Below are positions 13,030 to 24,830 of a DNA stretch of 64,000 nucleotides, one piece after another. A program made the translations under genes and the position numbers. Numbering within the stretch: the first letter of the stretch is position 1; each line of letters opens with the position of its first letter. A model generated the notes under the pieces. It saw only the letters and a list, made by a program, of their open reading frames with translations, was not told the DNA's origin and did no database searches. Source of the stretch: Camelus dromedarius (taxonomy: Eukaryota). The stretch spans positions 5,022,001 to 5,086,000 of the forward strand of contig NC_087437.1 in the NCBI RefSeq assembly GCF_036321535.1, read 5' to 3'.

Positions 13030-13030
13030 A
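12343..13030 (+). mobile_element. 5'-truncated L1 with (AAAT)n tail
   Basis: ORF2 3' end and 3' UTR homologous to the long L1; flanks aaaatactccagaa / aaaagactccagaa form the TSD. Confidence 0.93.
12972..13030. repeat. (AAAT)n tetranucleotide repeat derived from an L1 tail
   Basis: About 14 perfect aaat units. Confidence 0.95.
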
Positions 13031-13424
13031 AGACTCCAGAAGTAAAAATGGAGAGCAGGGGATAGATGAAACAAGACTGGCTCAAAACTGAGAGTTACCA
13101 GAACTGGGTAACAGGTACACGGAGGTTCATTATGCTATCCTCTTCTACTGAAAAGTAGGCAAAAAAATACCCAAAGAAGTTTTAAAATCTGACATGGACA
13201 ATTGTATAGGTGATTTGGATGCAAATTCAAGTAGATAATTACTGAGAAAGGGTTTCCCATTATCTCATGTTCTCCGCTGGGCTGATAAGACCTGGATTAC
13301 ATGTGTTACTAACAAACATGTATAAATCAAAATTTAACTACGTGTAAGAAGGCAATGGGGAAAGGAATCAAAATGCCAGCGCAGGCAGTGGAACTGTGGG
13401 CAAGCGAAAACAGGCAGAAAGAAG

Positions 13425-13660
13425 GAAACAGCATTTATTGAGTACCAAATGCATACTAGGTGCTTTGTAAATATTAGCTTTGGATGCTCACATTGGTTTA
13501 TAAAGTAGACTTTAAAGATTTTAATCTTTTAAAAAGCTTTAATGTGAAGAAACTAAGGCCCAGATAGGAGGATGCATGAATTCCCCAGATCACATCCTAG
13601 GAGGCTCATACTAGCTGGGGTCTGAATCCCATCTGTCTGCCTCCAAAGCTTGCATTCTTT
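13425..13660. mobile_element. MIR SINE
   Basis: catttattgagtacc...gaagaaactaaggcccaga...tctgaatcccatctgtctgcctccaaagc. Confidence 0.75.
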
Positions 13661-15242
13661 CCCTTACTCACTACTCTTCTCTGGACATTGCCAAATGACA
13701 GCTCACAGAGGGCAGAGGACTTCTGAAGACGAGGTCATGGAGAGATGGGTCCAGCACAGATGAACAACAGACTTGAGCTTGGAGAGAGGTCCTGGAGGTG
13801 GAGGGAAGAACAGGAGGGCATCCATGGAGTAGGGGGGCGGGGGGAGTGGCAAGATGCACATAGAGAATGAGAGGCCAGTGTGGCTCCCAGGGAGATGTGG
13901 TGAGGGCATGACTGGGGTCTGGACGGTGGAGCTGAAAGAGAAGCTGTTCCAGGACTTAGACCTGGACAAGACTGGTAAAGATAACAGGCTTCAAACCGAG
14001 GTGGGAAAACGATGCCTCCATCAACAGGTGAGGGAAGCCAGGAGGAGGCTGTTTCAGGTGGGGAGAGGAGAAAGGGATGAGTTCAGTTTCAACATGTAGA
14101 ATTGGACATGGACTTGTAGACAGTGGAGCTTCCTAGGGGAGGAGGCCAGATGGCAGCTGGGCTGACAGAATTTAAGATTTGAAAAGTCATCTGGTCTACC
14201 CATTCATTCGAGAAATGTGCATCCAGGAAGTTACCAGGGAGTGCCCTGGGATACGGGGGAGATTTGGCTCCCCAAGTCCAGCTCACACTGTGGGGCAGAA
14301 GGTAATCATCCATTCTCTGCCTGCCCACCTGTTCCAGGCACTGTCCTAGGTGTCAGGGATGCAACAGTCCCACAAGTAGATCGATGCCTGGATTACTATA
14401 AAGGCTTCTTGACTGGTTTTCCTGCTTCCACCCGGGTACCTCGTCCATTTTTTCTCAGACAGTGGCCATTAGGGTTGCTGTGTTACACAGAATAGTCTAG
14501 GTAAGTGGACCAAATGTTTAAAAGGAACCTTCTAGAGGGTAGTGGAGTGCACACTCTGGGCGGCTGCATTGGCAGCCCTCGGAAAGAGACCCAGTGAGAC
14601 GTCAGAGCACACCCCCCTCTGCTCGGAACCCTCCAGGAGCTCCTCCACCTGGGTCCTGAACGCACAAGCCCTGCTCTGGCCTCAGAACCTCCCCACTGGC
14701 CCCGCCCTCTCTCCAGAAATCGCTTCCGCCAGATATCCATCCATACTTCCCTCGAGGCTTTACTGAAACCATCTCAACGAGGCCTTCCTTGACCCCCCAG
14801 TGTTAAATTGCAACTCTCTCCATCTTCCCTGGCTAATTCCTAATCTCCTATACCCTGCTCTGGTTTTGTTTTGTGTGCCTTATTATTTGTTTCTTTTTAA
14901 CAAAGCATGTATTTTAATTTAAAAAATTGACTGTCTACTCTCATTCAAAAGGAAACTCAACAAGGTGGGGTTCTGTGCCCATTTCCCTGCTCTAACCCCA
15001 AGAATGAAGGGGGAATTATCTGGGAATCATCCGAGAATTAAGAATTAAGTGCCTGGAACAGCAGGTGCTCAATGAATGAATTACAGTGTAACAGGGTGAC
15101 TGATAGATTGAAGACATGGACAAAGTTGTAGGGAATAAAAAGGGGTGCCCATTTCATGTACCTGAGAGTGTCAGGGACAGTTCTGCAGAAGTGACAATGG
15201 CGCTGAGACCTGAAAGAGAGGTAGGTGGTCAAGGCATATGAG

Positions 15243-16193
15243 GTCGGGTGGATAATGGCCCTCAAAGATATCCACACCCTAATCCCAGGAGCCTGTGAAT
15301 GTTACCTCAAATGATAAAAGAGACTTACAAATGTGCTTAAGTATCTTGAGATGAGAGATTATCCTGTATTATCCTGCTGGACCCTAAATATAGTCACAAG
15401 TGTTAGAAGAGGGAGACAAAGGGAGACGTAGCAGAAGTCAACGTGACAATGAAGCAGCAGTAGAAGTCAATGTGACAACGAAGCAAGGTGCTTGGCTGTT
15501 GGCTTTGAAGATGGAGGAAGGAACCATGAGCCAAGTTGTGCAGAGAATGCAGCTCTAGGGGCTGGGAAAGAGGAGGAAACCAGTTCTTCTCCAGAGCTCC
15601 CTGAGGGGGCATTGTGAAACTGATGTCAGACTTTTGAGCTTCAGGACTATAAGAGAATAAAATGTGTGTGTGTGTGTTTAATAATTTTTAAAATTGAAAT
15701 ATAGTTGATTTACAATGTTTCAGGTATACAGAAAAGTGATTCAGTTATACATATATACATATATATTCTTTTTTCAGATTCTTTTCCATTATAGGTTATT
15801 ACAAGATATTGAATACAGTTCCCTGTGCTGTACAGTAGGTCCTTGTTGTTTATCTATTCTATGTATAGTAGTAGTATCTGCAAATCCAGAACTCCCAATT
15901 TACCCCTTCCTCCCTTTCCCCTTTGGTAACCATAAATTTGTTTTCTGTGCCTGTGAATTTATTTCTGGTTTGTAAATATGTTCATTAGTATCATTTTTTT
16001 TTTGGATTCCACATGTAAGCAATATCATATATTTCTCTTTCTCTGTCTGACTTACTTCATGTAGTATGATAATCTCTAGGTCCATCTACATTGCTGCAAA
16101 TGACATTATTTAATTCTTTTTTCATATAATGTGTATTGTTTCAAGCCACCAAGTTTGTGGTAATTTGTTACAGCAGCCATAGGAAACTAGTAC
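15243..16193 (+). mobile_element. MaLR solo LTR (MLT1C/D-like), interrupted by an L1
   Basis: ataatggccctcaaagatatccacaccctaatccc...tgtgaatgttacct; ends aagtttgtggtaatttgttacagcagccataggaaactagtaca. Confidence 0.88.
15678..16122 (-). mobile_element. L1 3' fragment inside the MLT1 LTR
   Basis: ORF 15900-16085 (MDLEIIILHEVSQTEKEK) matches the L1 ORF2 end/3' UTR region. Confidence 0.92.
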
Positions 16194-16374
16194 AGCAGGA
16201 AAGGGCACCCGAGTAAGAGGGAACAGCATGTACCAATCATGAAAGTGGCAGCATGTTCAGGAATCTCCTGAGAAGTTTAATGGACCCAGGTTAGGCAATA
16301 GGAAGGCAGAAAGATGGGGTTGGAGAGGTAGCAGAGGCTAGACTGTGAGTCCCCTTTCAGGACTTTTGGCTTCA

Positions 16375-16738
16375 GGGAGTACTGCTCACAGACAGCCCTT
16401 ACTCTCAGCCCTCTTCCACTCTTTTTTTCTGAAGATAGCCAGCTTGTCCAAGCTCACGCCAGCTTCCTAGGACAGTCTACATCTAACGACTGGCCTGCAC
16501 AGGAGTATAAAGACTCTGTCCATCTCACCCCAGTTCAGGAGAACTCTGAAGGGCCACCCAGCTTCAGAACTCCCCCGGGGAATGAGCTGACGTGCTTGCT
16601 GCAATGCCTTCTCCGTGTGTCCCATCCAGCCTCCTTCCCTCCCTTCCACAGGTGTTCACTCTAAGCTCCCTCCCTGATAAACATCCCATAGGCTTGTCTT
16701 TCTCTCATTCTGCTTCCCTGGGAACTCAACCTGCCAAC
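16375..16738 (+). mobile_element. ERVL LTR16-like fragment
   Basis: ccttcctcccttccacaggtgtt...ccctgataaacatcc...tctgcttccctgggaactcaacctgccaac. Confidence 0.65.
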
Positions 16739-16996
16739 GTGAGTGGAGAGGTCTTTAAGCCAGAGAATTAAAAAGTAAGACTGGGTTTTGAATGGTGGTG
16801 GTGAGGATGAGCTTGGTTGGGAAGAGGGATCAGTTAGGAAACCGGGGCAAAATTCTGAGTGATGTCCTGGACAAGGGTGGAGGCAAAAGGAACGCTGTGT
16901 GTGCCTATCAGCTTCTTCGTAAACAGCCTCCTAGAGAGAAGGTCAGTGTTCCAGAGAGGCCTGGTCCACTGCATGGACTTCAGAGAAGTCCTTCCT

Positions 16997-17113
16997 TGAG
17001 TTCCGGTCAAGATGGCGGGGCGGTAGGACCAAGAGCTCACCTCTCTTCACAACTACAACGAAACGACAACTGAATGCTAAACAACCATCGAAAAAAGACT
17101 GGAACCTAGCAAA
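16997..17113 (+). mobile_element. Isolated L1 5'-end fragment (3'-truncated, tailless) with a 13-bp TSD
   Basis: Colinear with the start of the long L1 at about 28707-28830; TSD agaagtccttcct at 16984-16996 and 17114-17126. Confidence 0.88.
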
Positions 17114-17479
17114 AGAAGTCCTTCCTCATCATAGCCCAAATCCTTGCACTTTTGCCCTTTGTTTCTAATCTGGGTTTATAGAACAAGTCTGCTTTCTTAC
17201 CAAAAATATATTCTCTGGTGAACAATCAGCTTTAGGAAGCAGCAGCTTTGAGCAGTTACCCTTCCCTGAACAAGCAGCCGGCCCCCCTGGGAAGCCCACA
17301 CCAGGAAGTGTTCTTTCCATTTCTCTTGCAACCCTTCCACGCCAGGGGCTCACTATCTTCCTGAGAGGCGATGTATTCTCACTCTTAGCAGAGGTCCTTG
17401 TGGCAAGCCTGACACAGCCCATAGCTTTCACTTGGTTCTGGCTCTCACTGAGACTTCACCTTCGGTGTGGAACGAAGTG

Positions 17480-17680
17480 TCTTGTGGCCCTAGGTTTGCA
17501 GTCAACAGAACTGGGTTTAAATCCAGACTCTGCTCCTTACAGTGACCTTGGTCCATTTATCTCCCCTGGTTTGCTCAACAGTGAAATGGGGATAAAAATA
17601 CAACCTACCTTATGGGGTTGTTAAAAAAAAAATGTTGAAAGCATGATACATGGTACATGGTAAATGCTTAATAAATGGTA
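17480..17680. mobile_element. MIR SINE
   Basis: ctgggtttaaatccagactctgct...gtgaccttgg...gtgaaatggggataaaaatacaacctaccttatggggttgtt. Confidence 0.8.
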
Positions 17681-18609
17681 GATATGATTATGGATGCTGG
17701 GTGTCAATTGAATATTTCTTTTCAGAAAGCACTACATGATGATGTGTGCCCTCTTCAGAGGAGAGAGAAAGAGAGACACAGAGAGAGAGAGACAGGCAGA
17801 CACACAGAGAGATGTCTCCCCGTTGAGTTGAGAGTGGATACGCGCACCCGGACTTTCTGGACTGAGCGTACGGCAAGCACAGATACGGCGTGTGAAGGGT
17901 AGAACCCAGGCCCCTCCCAGGGCTTCTTTCTGCCTGCAAAGAAGAAGAAAGAATTTGCTTTCCATTTACCAAGCAGCAGGCCTGCAAACTAAGAACGGAT
18001 TGATTTTCTCAGCATCCCATTAGCGCTGAGTCTTTAAAGAGAGCGTAATGCACTCCACTGGGGGAGCTGAGCTGCATCATCTGGGAGCCGGAATGGGATC
18101 TGGGGAGGAATCTGGCTGGAGTCACTGGCTTTCAAAGGGAATAATCCTAATCCTCTCCACATTTACCATCTATTTTATTATTTTTTTTTTAATTCTTTAA
18201 AGTCTGGCAGTTTATACCCACATTTCCGATTCAGACAGACGTTTCATAACCAGCTCAGCTGCTGACCCAGTTAAACAATAATGAGTGATTTTCATACATC
18301 TAAACTTTCTCTCGGAATAAGCTAGCGGAAGAGACTGCAGGGCGATGGTGGGGGGAGAAGTCATCGCTGGTGGTGTCAGAACCTATTTGATTGATGGCGT
18401 TAACAGCAGCTGCCTGCACACGGTCAGACCACCAGGCGGGAGAAAGAAAAATCCAGTTAATCCACTGGTTGTTTTGTCCACCTGAAATTTACACAAGTGA
18501 ATGTTAGAAACTGGGAGAAGAAAATACTGCTTTCTAGAGAATTCAGTGATTTTTTTTTCCTGTTGAAGAAAGTTTGCTTACTGGAGGCTTTTGTGGGAAA
18601 TAGAGCATT

Positions 18610-19012
18610 ACCAGGGGGTGCGATGGCAAATGTGTAACAACGGATGGGGGAGGGGTGTTGGGGGGCGTTTGGGGAGGAGGGGGTGCCTTGATTTGTAGAA
18701 ACTGCTCATTTCTGTTGTGTGAATACTTTCACATGATCCATTTTGAGCTACCAACAGGTCACCGAAAGTGGTGTTGGAAAGAGCTGGGCAGCAGTATATT
18801 GGTTTATAGGGTTTCCTACATCCAGAGTTGATAGATGTAAATAAACTCCAGAGCATAGATAGTAGAGAAATTTAGTAAAATAAATGGGAAATGGAAATTT
18901 TGAGTATTTATAATCTTCTTTAAAAAATTATTTATTTAGGTGTAAGTTTACATAATCTAAATTTTAATTATGGTCATGTTTAACAGCCAGCTCTCAGAAT
19001 TCCTGAAAATTA
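18610..19012. mobile_element. MER63-like hAT-Blackjack element
   Basis: Terminus ccagggggtgcgatggcaaatgtgtaacaac; reverse-complement homology to the copies at 21965, 51935 and 57205. Confidence 0.75.
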
Positions 19013-19021
19013 CTAGAACAC

Positions 19022-19885
19022 AGGCAGGGTAGATTTAGCATCATTCTTAGGGCCCCAGAATTTTCGGAATGGTGAAGGAGCACTGGCTTCACATGATAGG
19101 CACCAGCTGCATTAGCCCTAACAAGAGAGTCAGCCTGTCCTGTGAAGCTTGGAAGCCACGCACTGACTTGTCCTCTCCGGCTATGACAGTCCTAGACGGC
19201 ATGCTCTTCCAGTAGAAGGCTGCTCCCTCTACATCAAAAAACCTTGTTGCTCAGCGCGGCACCTCCACAAGGGCTCTGCGCTCGACCTTCCTGAGAACCT
19301 GCTGCAGCTCCTGCGTCAGCGCCCGCGGCTTCACTTCGCGCTTCCACGTCGCAGAGACGGCTTCTTTCCTTAAACCTCATGAACCAACCTCTGCCGGCCT
19401 CAGACTTTCCTTCTGCAGCTTCCTCACCTCTCAGTCTTCACAGAGGTGAAGAGAGTGAGGGTCTTGCTCAGGACAAGGCTTTGGCTTAAGGGAACGTGGT
19501 GTTTGGTTTGACCTTCTACTCAGACCACTCAGACTTCCTCCACGTCGGCAACACGGCTGTTTCCCTTTTTTTTTTTTCTTTCTAATATTTCTTTTCTTTT
19601 TTAATTGAGGTATAGTCAGTTTACAATGTTGTTTTTTTAAAAAAATTTTTTGGGGGGGGAGGGTTTACATATTTATTTATTTTTAGAGGAGGTACGAGGA
19701 TTGAACCCAGGACCTTGTGTATACTAAGCATGCGCTCTACCTCTTGAGCTACACCCCTTCTGTTTCCCTTTCTTATCACTGGTGTGTTTCCTGGGGCAGC
19801 ACTTTAAATTCCTTCAAGAACTCTTCCTTTGCATTCATAACGTGGTCAACTGCTCGGTGGAAGAGGCCTAGCTTTTGGCCTTTTC
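19022..19885 (-). mobile_element. Tigger1 transposase fragment, interrupted at 19569-19759
   Basis: ccagctgcattagcccctaacaagagagtcagcctgtc and ttccttaaacctcatgaaccaacctctgc (reverse strand reads ...GWFMRFKER...) are diagnostic of Tigger1. Confidence 0.92.
19569..19759 (-). mobile_element. Vic-1-like SINE with a ~30 nt L1 3' terminus in its tail
   Basis: TSD ctgtttcccttt at 19557-19568 and 19760-19771; L1 tail at 19601-19631. Confidence 0.88.
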
Positions 19886-20196
19886 TTCTGATAGAGTTTA
19901 CATTTCTCTTGCGCGAAACAGGGATTTCTGGGCCTACCTGTGTTCGTGAAAAGCCTGTCTTTTAGAGTCTTCTTGAATAAATGCAGAACTCTTACTCACA
20001 AATCCCCGACAAACACTGATACGAAAGGGAAAATAGCTTGATGCCTTGAAAGGTCTTCTGTGTTTCAACCCACAGGAAAAGTGATTTGTAAATGAGCAAA
20101 GTCATCATTTGGTCAAAGGGCTCAATTCAAAATAATTTTACAAGTACTTAAAAATAGTTTGTCACCTTTCCTTCTAAAGAATAATAAACTTTTTTG

Positions 20197-20286
20197 AGGG
20201 GAAGGTATAACTCAGTGGTAGAGTAGCTGCTTAGCATGCACAAGGTCCTGGGTTCACTCCCCAGTGCCTCCATTAAAAAAAAAAAA
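20197..20286 (+). mobile_element. Vic-1-like SINE
   Basis: A/B boxes and A-tail; TSD aagaataataaacttt / aagagtaataaacttt. Confidence 0.92.
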
Positions 20287-20724
20287 GAGTAATAAACTTT
20301 CCCTTTATTTACATATTGATTTGCCTTACAAGCATTTTTCCCCATCGTGTGCAGAAGTCTGGCCGGGTGGGGTGATTACCTTGTGCTGAGTGAGGTCTAG
20401 TCTTGCTCTTAAGATCCCTATGCCTGGAGCAAATCCTGCCCAGGGTCTTAATCCGGGCTAAGGTGCTCCCTGCTTGTTTTTTGTTTTTGTTTTTAAAAAA
20501 CCATATAGTTTTTTTGTGGACTCAGAGAATACACTGAATTAACAGTAACAATGGGAAAAGACACAGACACTGATATTCCACAGCCTGGCGTAAATAGAAC
20601 CCACTCCTTAACTAACATGGTCTTTCACAGCACAGTTATTATTTTCATTGCCATCATTATGCAGTGGTTCTCAACCTCAGCTGCACATAATCATCAAAGA
20701 GGAGCTTTGAAAGTAAATAAACCA

Positions 20725-20865
20725 GGAGGGAGGGTGCAGCTTAAGTGGCAGAGCGCATGCTTAGCATGCATGAGGCCCTGGGTTCAATCGCCAGTACCTC
20801 CTCTAAAAAATAAATAAGCAAACCTAATGACCTCCCCTCCCCCACAAAATAAAAAATTAAATTAA
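20725..20865 (+). mobile_element. Vic-1-like SINE inserted in a MER5-like element (about 20662-21000)
   Basis: TSD aaagtaaataaacca on both sides; MER5 starts cagtggttctcaacctcagctgcaca and resumes after the SINE. Confidence 0.9.
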
Positions 20866-21178
20866 AAAGTAAATAAACCAAAATGTTTTCGGGGCCCATC
20901 TAGGAACAATTGATTTCAAACTCAGAGGGGGGAACCCAGGAGTGAGAATGTTTAAAACTCCCTCAGGATGCCTAATGCGCTGCCTGGATGGAGAACCGCT
21001 GGCCCAGCTGTGCAACAAACATCCTGCTCAGCTTTGAAGTTCTCTCCCCGGAAGCGCAGGCAAAGCTGGACGCAGCCTACTGTAGGGGAAGGTGCCAGAT
21101 CAGGGGGTGGAGGACCTATGTTAGTTTCAGCTCTGATGCCAACTAGTCAGATGAACCTGGCTCTCTGGGGGTCAGTTT

Positions 21179-21340
21179 CAGGACCAGCATTAAGGGTGAG
21201 GCAACTGAGGTGCCCAGGGCACAAAATTTACAGAGGCACGCTCAGCGCTGACCAACGTACTCCACTCTGAGAATGCAGGTCTTCTTAAATTTCACACCCC
21301 ACCTCATGTCTCCTCCACCTCACTCTACTCTTGGGTCTGT
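21179..21340. mobile_element. MER91-like hAT-Tip100 MITE within a MIR
   Basis: agggtgaggcaactgaggtgcccagggcacaaaattta...cttaaattt...cacctcactcta; degenerate inverted ends. Confidence 0.6.
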
Positions 21341-21798
21341 TCAGTTTCCTCACCCGTAAAATGATGGGTGGGGAGCTTCCACTGTCTTTCCCAACATTTT
21401 ACGTCCCAAACCTAAACCTTAGGCCAATATAGGACTAGTCAACATAAGACCTGTATAATTATCTGGTTGAGTTTGGTCAAGAGCCAGGCTGAATAACTCA
21501 GGGCCCATGTACTCTCTTTTTCTGCAGCAAAAGGGTGATTTTCTTTGTTCTGGGCTTCTGGAAGGTCGTCTGAACGATGTTCAGTCATTTATACCTTAAC
21601 TGTATGAACAGTCCTTGGCCCACTGACTCCAGGACTTTGAATTTTAGCCCAGACCATCCACAAATGGCTATGCATTCACTTGTATAATCCCAAATTCTCA
21701 AAATGTGTGTGTTGGTTGGGGAGCGGGGTGTTGGGGCGTACAACTAGCTGTGTCCCCTAGGGGTGTATTTATTTTATTTTAAATTTCAAAGCACTTGA

Positions 21799-21900
21799 AG
21801 GGGAGGGTATAGCTCAGTGGCAGAGCATCTGCTTAGCATGCGAGAAGTACTGAGTTCAATCCCCAGTATATCCATTTAAAAATAATAATAAAATACATTA
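21799..21900 (+). mobile_element. Vic-1-like SINE
   Basis: ggggagggtatagctcagtggcagagc...gagttcaatcccc; TSD tttcaaagcacttg. Confidence 0.92.
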
Positions 21901-21964
21901 AGTTTCAAAGCACTTGCAAGGAGAGCTTGGGTCAGAGGCATGCAGAGAGGCTTCCTACGCCTGG

Positions 21965-22345
21965 ACTGGTGAGAGACAACTGTTAAATCTTCAGGAATCT
22001 GGTGACTGCTTATTAAATACAGCCATTCTTAAAAAATTAAACTGTATAAACTCACAAGTAAATAAACTATGTTTAAAAACCAAGGTAATAAACACTCAAA
22101 ACTCTTCACTTCCTAATTGTTTGACCACATTTTGCTATAACCATGTTGCTCAGGTGGCGGCTACTCCATCTGTATGAATGCATGCACAATAATGACGTGC
22201 GACCGTAGGTCTCCCAACCCTGCATCCAAAGTCATCACAGGGTACCCGCAAACCAGCGGTGCAGGGAGCATTTACACCACGGGAGCTGGCAAGCACATTT
22301 TCACTTGGAGATCCAGTTGTTAAACATTTACCACTGCACCACTGC
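21965..22345. mobile_element. MER63-like element, opposite orientation to the 18610 copy
   Basis: Ends ccagttgttaaacatttaccactgcaccactg. Confidence 0.78.
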
Positions 22346-22696
22346 CTCGCGTTAACTAAACAGCTGAAAAATACGGTGCTTGTGAATTAGCCCTGCCCTA
22401 TGTAAAGCAGCTTCGTGTAGTGGAGAGAGCCCTGCATTGACTGGTTCTGCTAATAATTTCAGCCTATCATCTCTTCCCTCAATATCCCCATTTCTTAGGC
22501 AAGCAAAAACATAATCCTGGCCATGTTATCCCATGAGATTATTGTGAAAACAAAAGTTCATGTTAATTCTTCAAAATCGTTCTGTGGTTTATGATTTTTG
22601 GTTTAATAAAAGGGCCTAGCAAAAGTGAACACTGTATACAAACACAAGGCATTGTTTCAAAGGATCGGGCAGTCTCGAGAGAAGAGTTAACAGATG

Positions 22697-23205
22697 TAGA
22701 AGTTGTGGTCTATTTATACAGTGGAATACTACTCAGCCATAATGAAGAATAAAATAATGCCATTTGCAGCAACATGGATGGACCTGGAGATCGCCATTCT
22801 AAGTGAAGTAAGCCAGAAAGAAAAAGAAAAATATGATATGATATCACTTATATGTAGACTCTAAAAAAAAAAAAGACAAATATACTTATTTACAAAATGG
22901 AAACAGACTCACAGACATAGAAACAAACTTATGGTTACCAGTGGGGAAAGCGGTAGAGGGAGGGCTAAATTGGGAGCTCAGGTTTTGCAGATACTAACTA
23001 CTAAATATAACATAGATAAACAACAAGGTCCTTCTGTAGAGCACAGGGAACTATAGTCAATATCTTGTAATTACCTATAATGAAAAAGAATATGAAAAGG
23101 AATATATATGTGTACATGTATGACTGAAGCATTATGCTGTACACCAGAAGCTGACACAACACTGTAAACTGACTACTTCAATAAAAAAAAAATTTTTTTT
23201 TAAAA
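22697..23205 (+). mobile_element. 5'-truncated L1
   Basis: ORF2 end plus 3' UTR with aataaa; TSD aagagttaacaga on both sides. Confidence 0.94.
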
Positions 23206-24427
23206 AAGAGTTAACAGAAGTAAAGGCTTATTTTGCTATTTCCTTCACCTCAGCGTCTGGCTGGATGTGAGGCGTGCAGGACAGTGTTCAATGCCCATCT
23301 ACACAATCTGTGCCCTTGGCGGGGAACACTTGATACACCAAAGCTGCTTTCGAGGTGGTACACTTTGGTTATGCTGGGATACTTGTGTGAATACATTAAC
23401 TCATGGCTAAAACTAAGGGCTATTAATAACTCAGAATTTGATGTTAAGATTATTCATTGGTACGCATTTTTTTTTTTCACACACAGAAAATGTGTGAACA
23501 AAATGTAAAGGGATTTATTTGGCACCAAATCCTGTGATCTGTTTGTTGGGACAAAGTGCTAAATGTCATCTTACTTTCCTTCCCAGTTCTCACTCTCGAT
23601 CTGCAGCTGTGAACTGAGTTTGGGGCAGAGAGGGACAAGGTCCCCTCCTGATCTTTGCCCCCATGTGGCCATGAGACACGACCTGGAGTGGGCTGAACCA
23701 CCTGCTGTGGACTGCAGACCCTCGGGGAGGGGTGAAATCATGGCAAGAAGTATCTGGTTCCCTTCCAACTCCCAAGGCTCTGTAGAATAAAGAATGACTA
23801 TTTTTCAAATTCATTTGGACACCTCCATTCTGAACTAAACATAATTTCATTTCAAACTGTGTGGTTGCATCAGTCGACCTCTGGCCAAGGCTGCCTAACT
23901 GAAAGGCCTCAAACAAGGGCTGAAAATTAGCCCCAACTCTTTCCCACGAGCCATTTGTCCTACTTTGGGGCTGAGCCAGCCCTGCGAAGAAGTGGCACAA
24001 TTTTAAAATTGATCCAAACCCTCTTTTACCTCCATTTCATACAGGCATATAAGTACAGCAGGGGCTTTCCACGTGTTCTCAGTCAACAGGTATTAATAAA
24101 CAATTACCAGAGCAGTATGGGTGTCCAAGTATTTCTGCCATCAGAAAAAAGAGCTCTTTATGTCCAAAATCCCTGGGTGAGATTTTCAATTTATCTGGAC
24201 CAACATTTCCAACTTCCCCCAGAATTGTGCGTGTGTGTGCGTGTGTGCGTGCATGTGTGTGTGTGTGTATGACGTGCGTATGACCTATGTGTATGTGTAT
24301 GAATGAAGTTACAAAGGTCACCCCTACCAGAGGCCAGACTGACGCAATTTTGCCAGTCTCCATTCTTCCCTAGACTCTGGTGAAGTGTCTACCAACATCA
24401 CGGTGGTTGTGGACCCACCCACACTCT

Positions 24428-24830
24428 ATCAGTTAATTTTTGCTGCACCAGACACCCCCAAATTTATGTTAAAACAATTAACACTATTTCTCATGAGTCT
24501 ACAGGTCAGCTAGACCAGGTCAGTAGGGGCCTCGTTTACATGTCCTGCGGTCGCTCCGTGTCAGCAGGGGCAACTGGGGAAACGCAGCCACGCATCTTCC
24601 ATCATCCAGCTGGCTAGCCTGGCCTTACTCACTTAGTGGTGGCCGCCACGTTCCCAAGAGCAGCGAGAGAGCGAGCCCTGATGTCCGAGCAGCTTGACAG
24701 CCTCTGCTGGCATCGGGTTTGCTAAAGGCCCTTTGGCAAAGCAAGTATCAAGTCCTGTCCAGAGTCAGAGCAGAAGGACACAGCCAGCCAAAGGGCATGG
24801 ATAGAAACTGGGGCCGTGTTTACAAATGAC
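24428..24830 (-). mobile_element. MaLR LTR (MLT1 family)
   Basis: tatcagttaatttttgctgcacc...ttaaaacaatta...tctcatgagtctacaggtcagct...ggcaaagcaagt, an antisense MLT1 pattern. Confidence 0.6.

Noticed and set aside
18645..18685. G-quadruplex-like G-run cluster
   Set aside because: Appears to be an expanded G-tract inside a MER63 element; no evidence of function.
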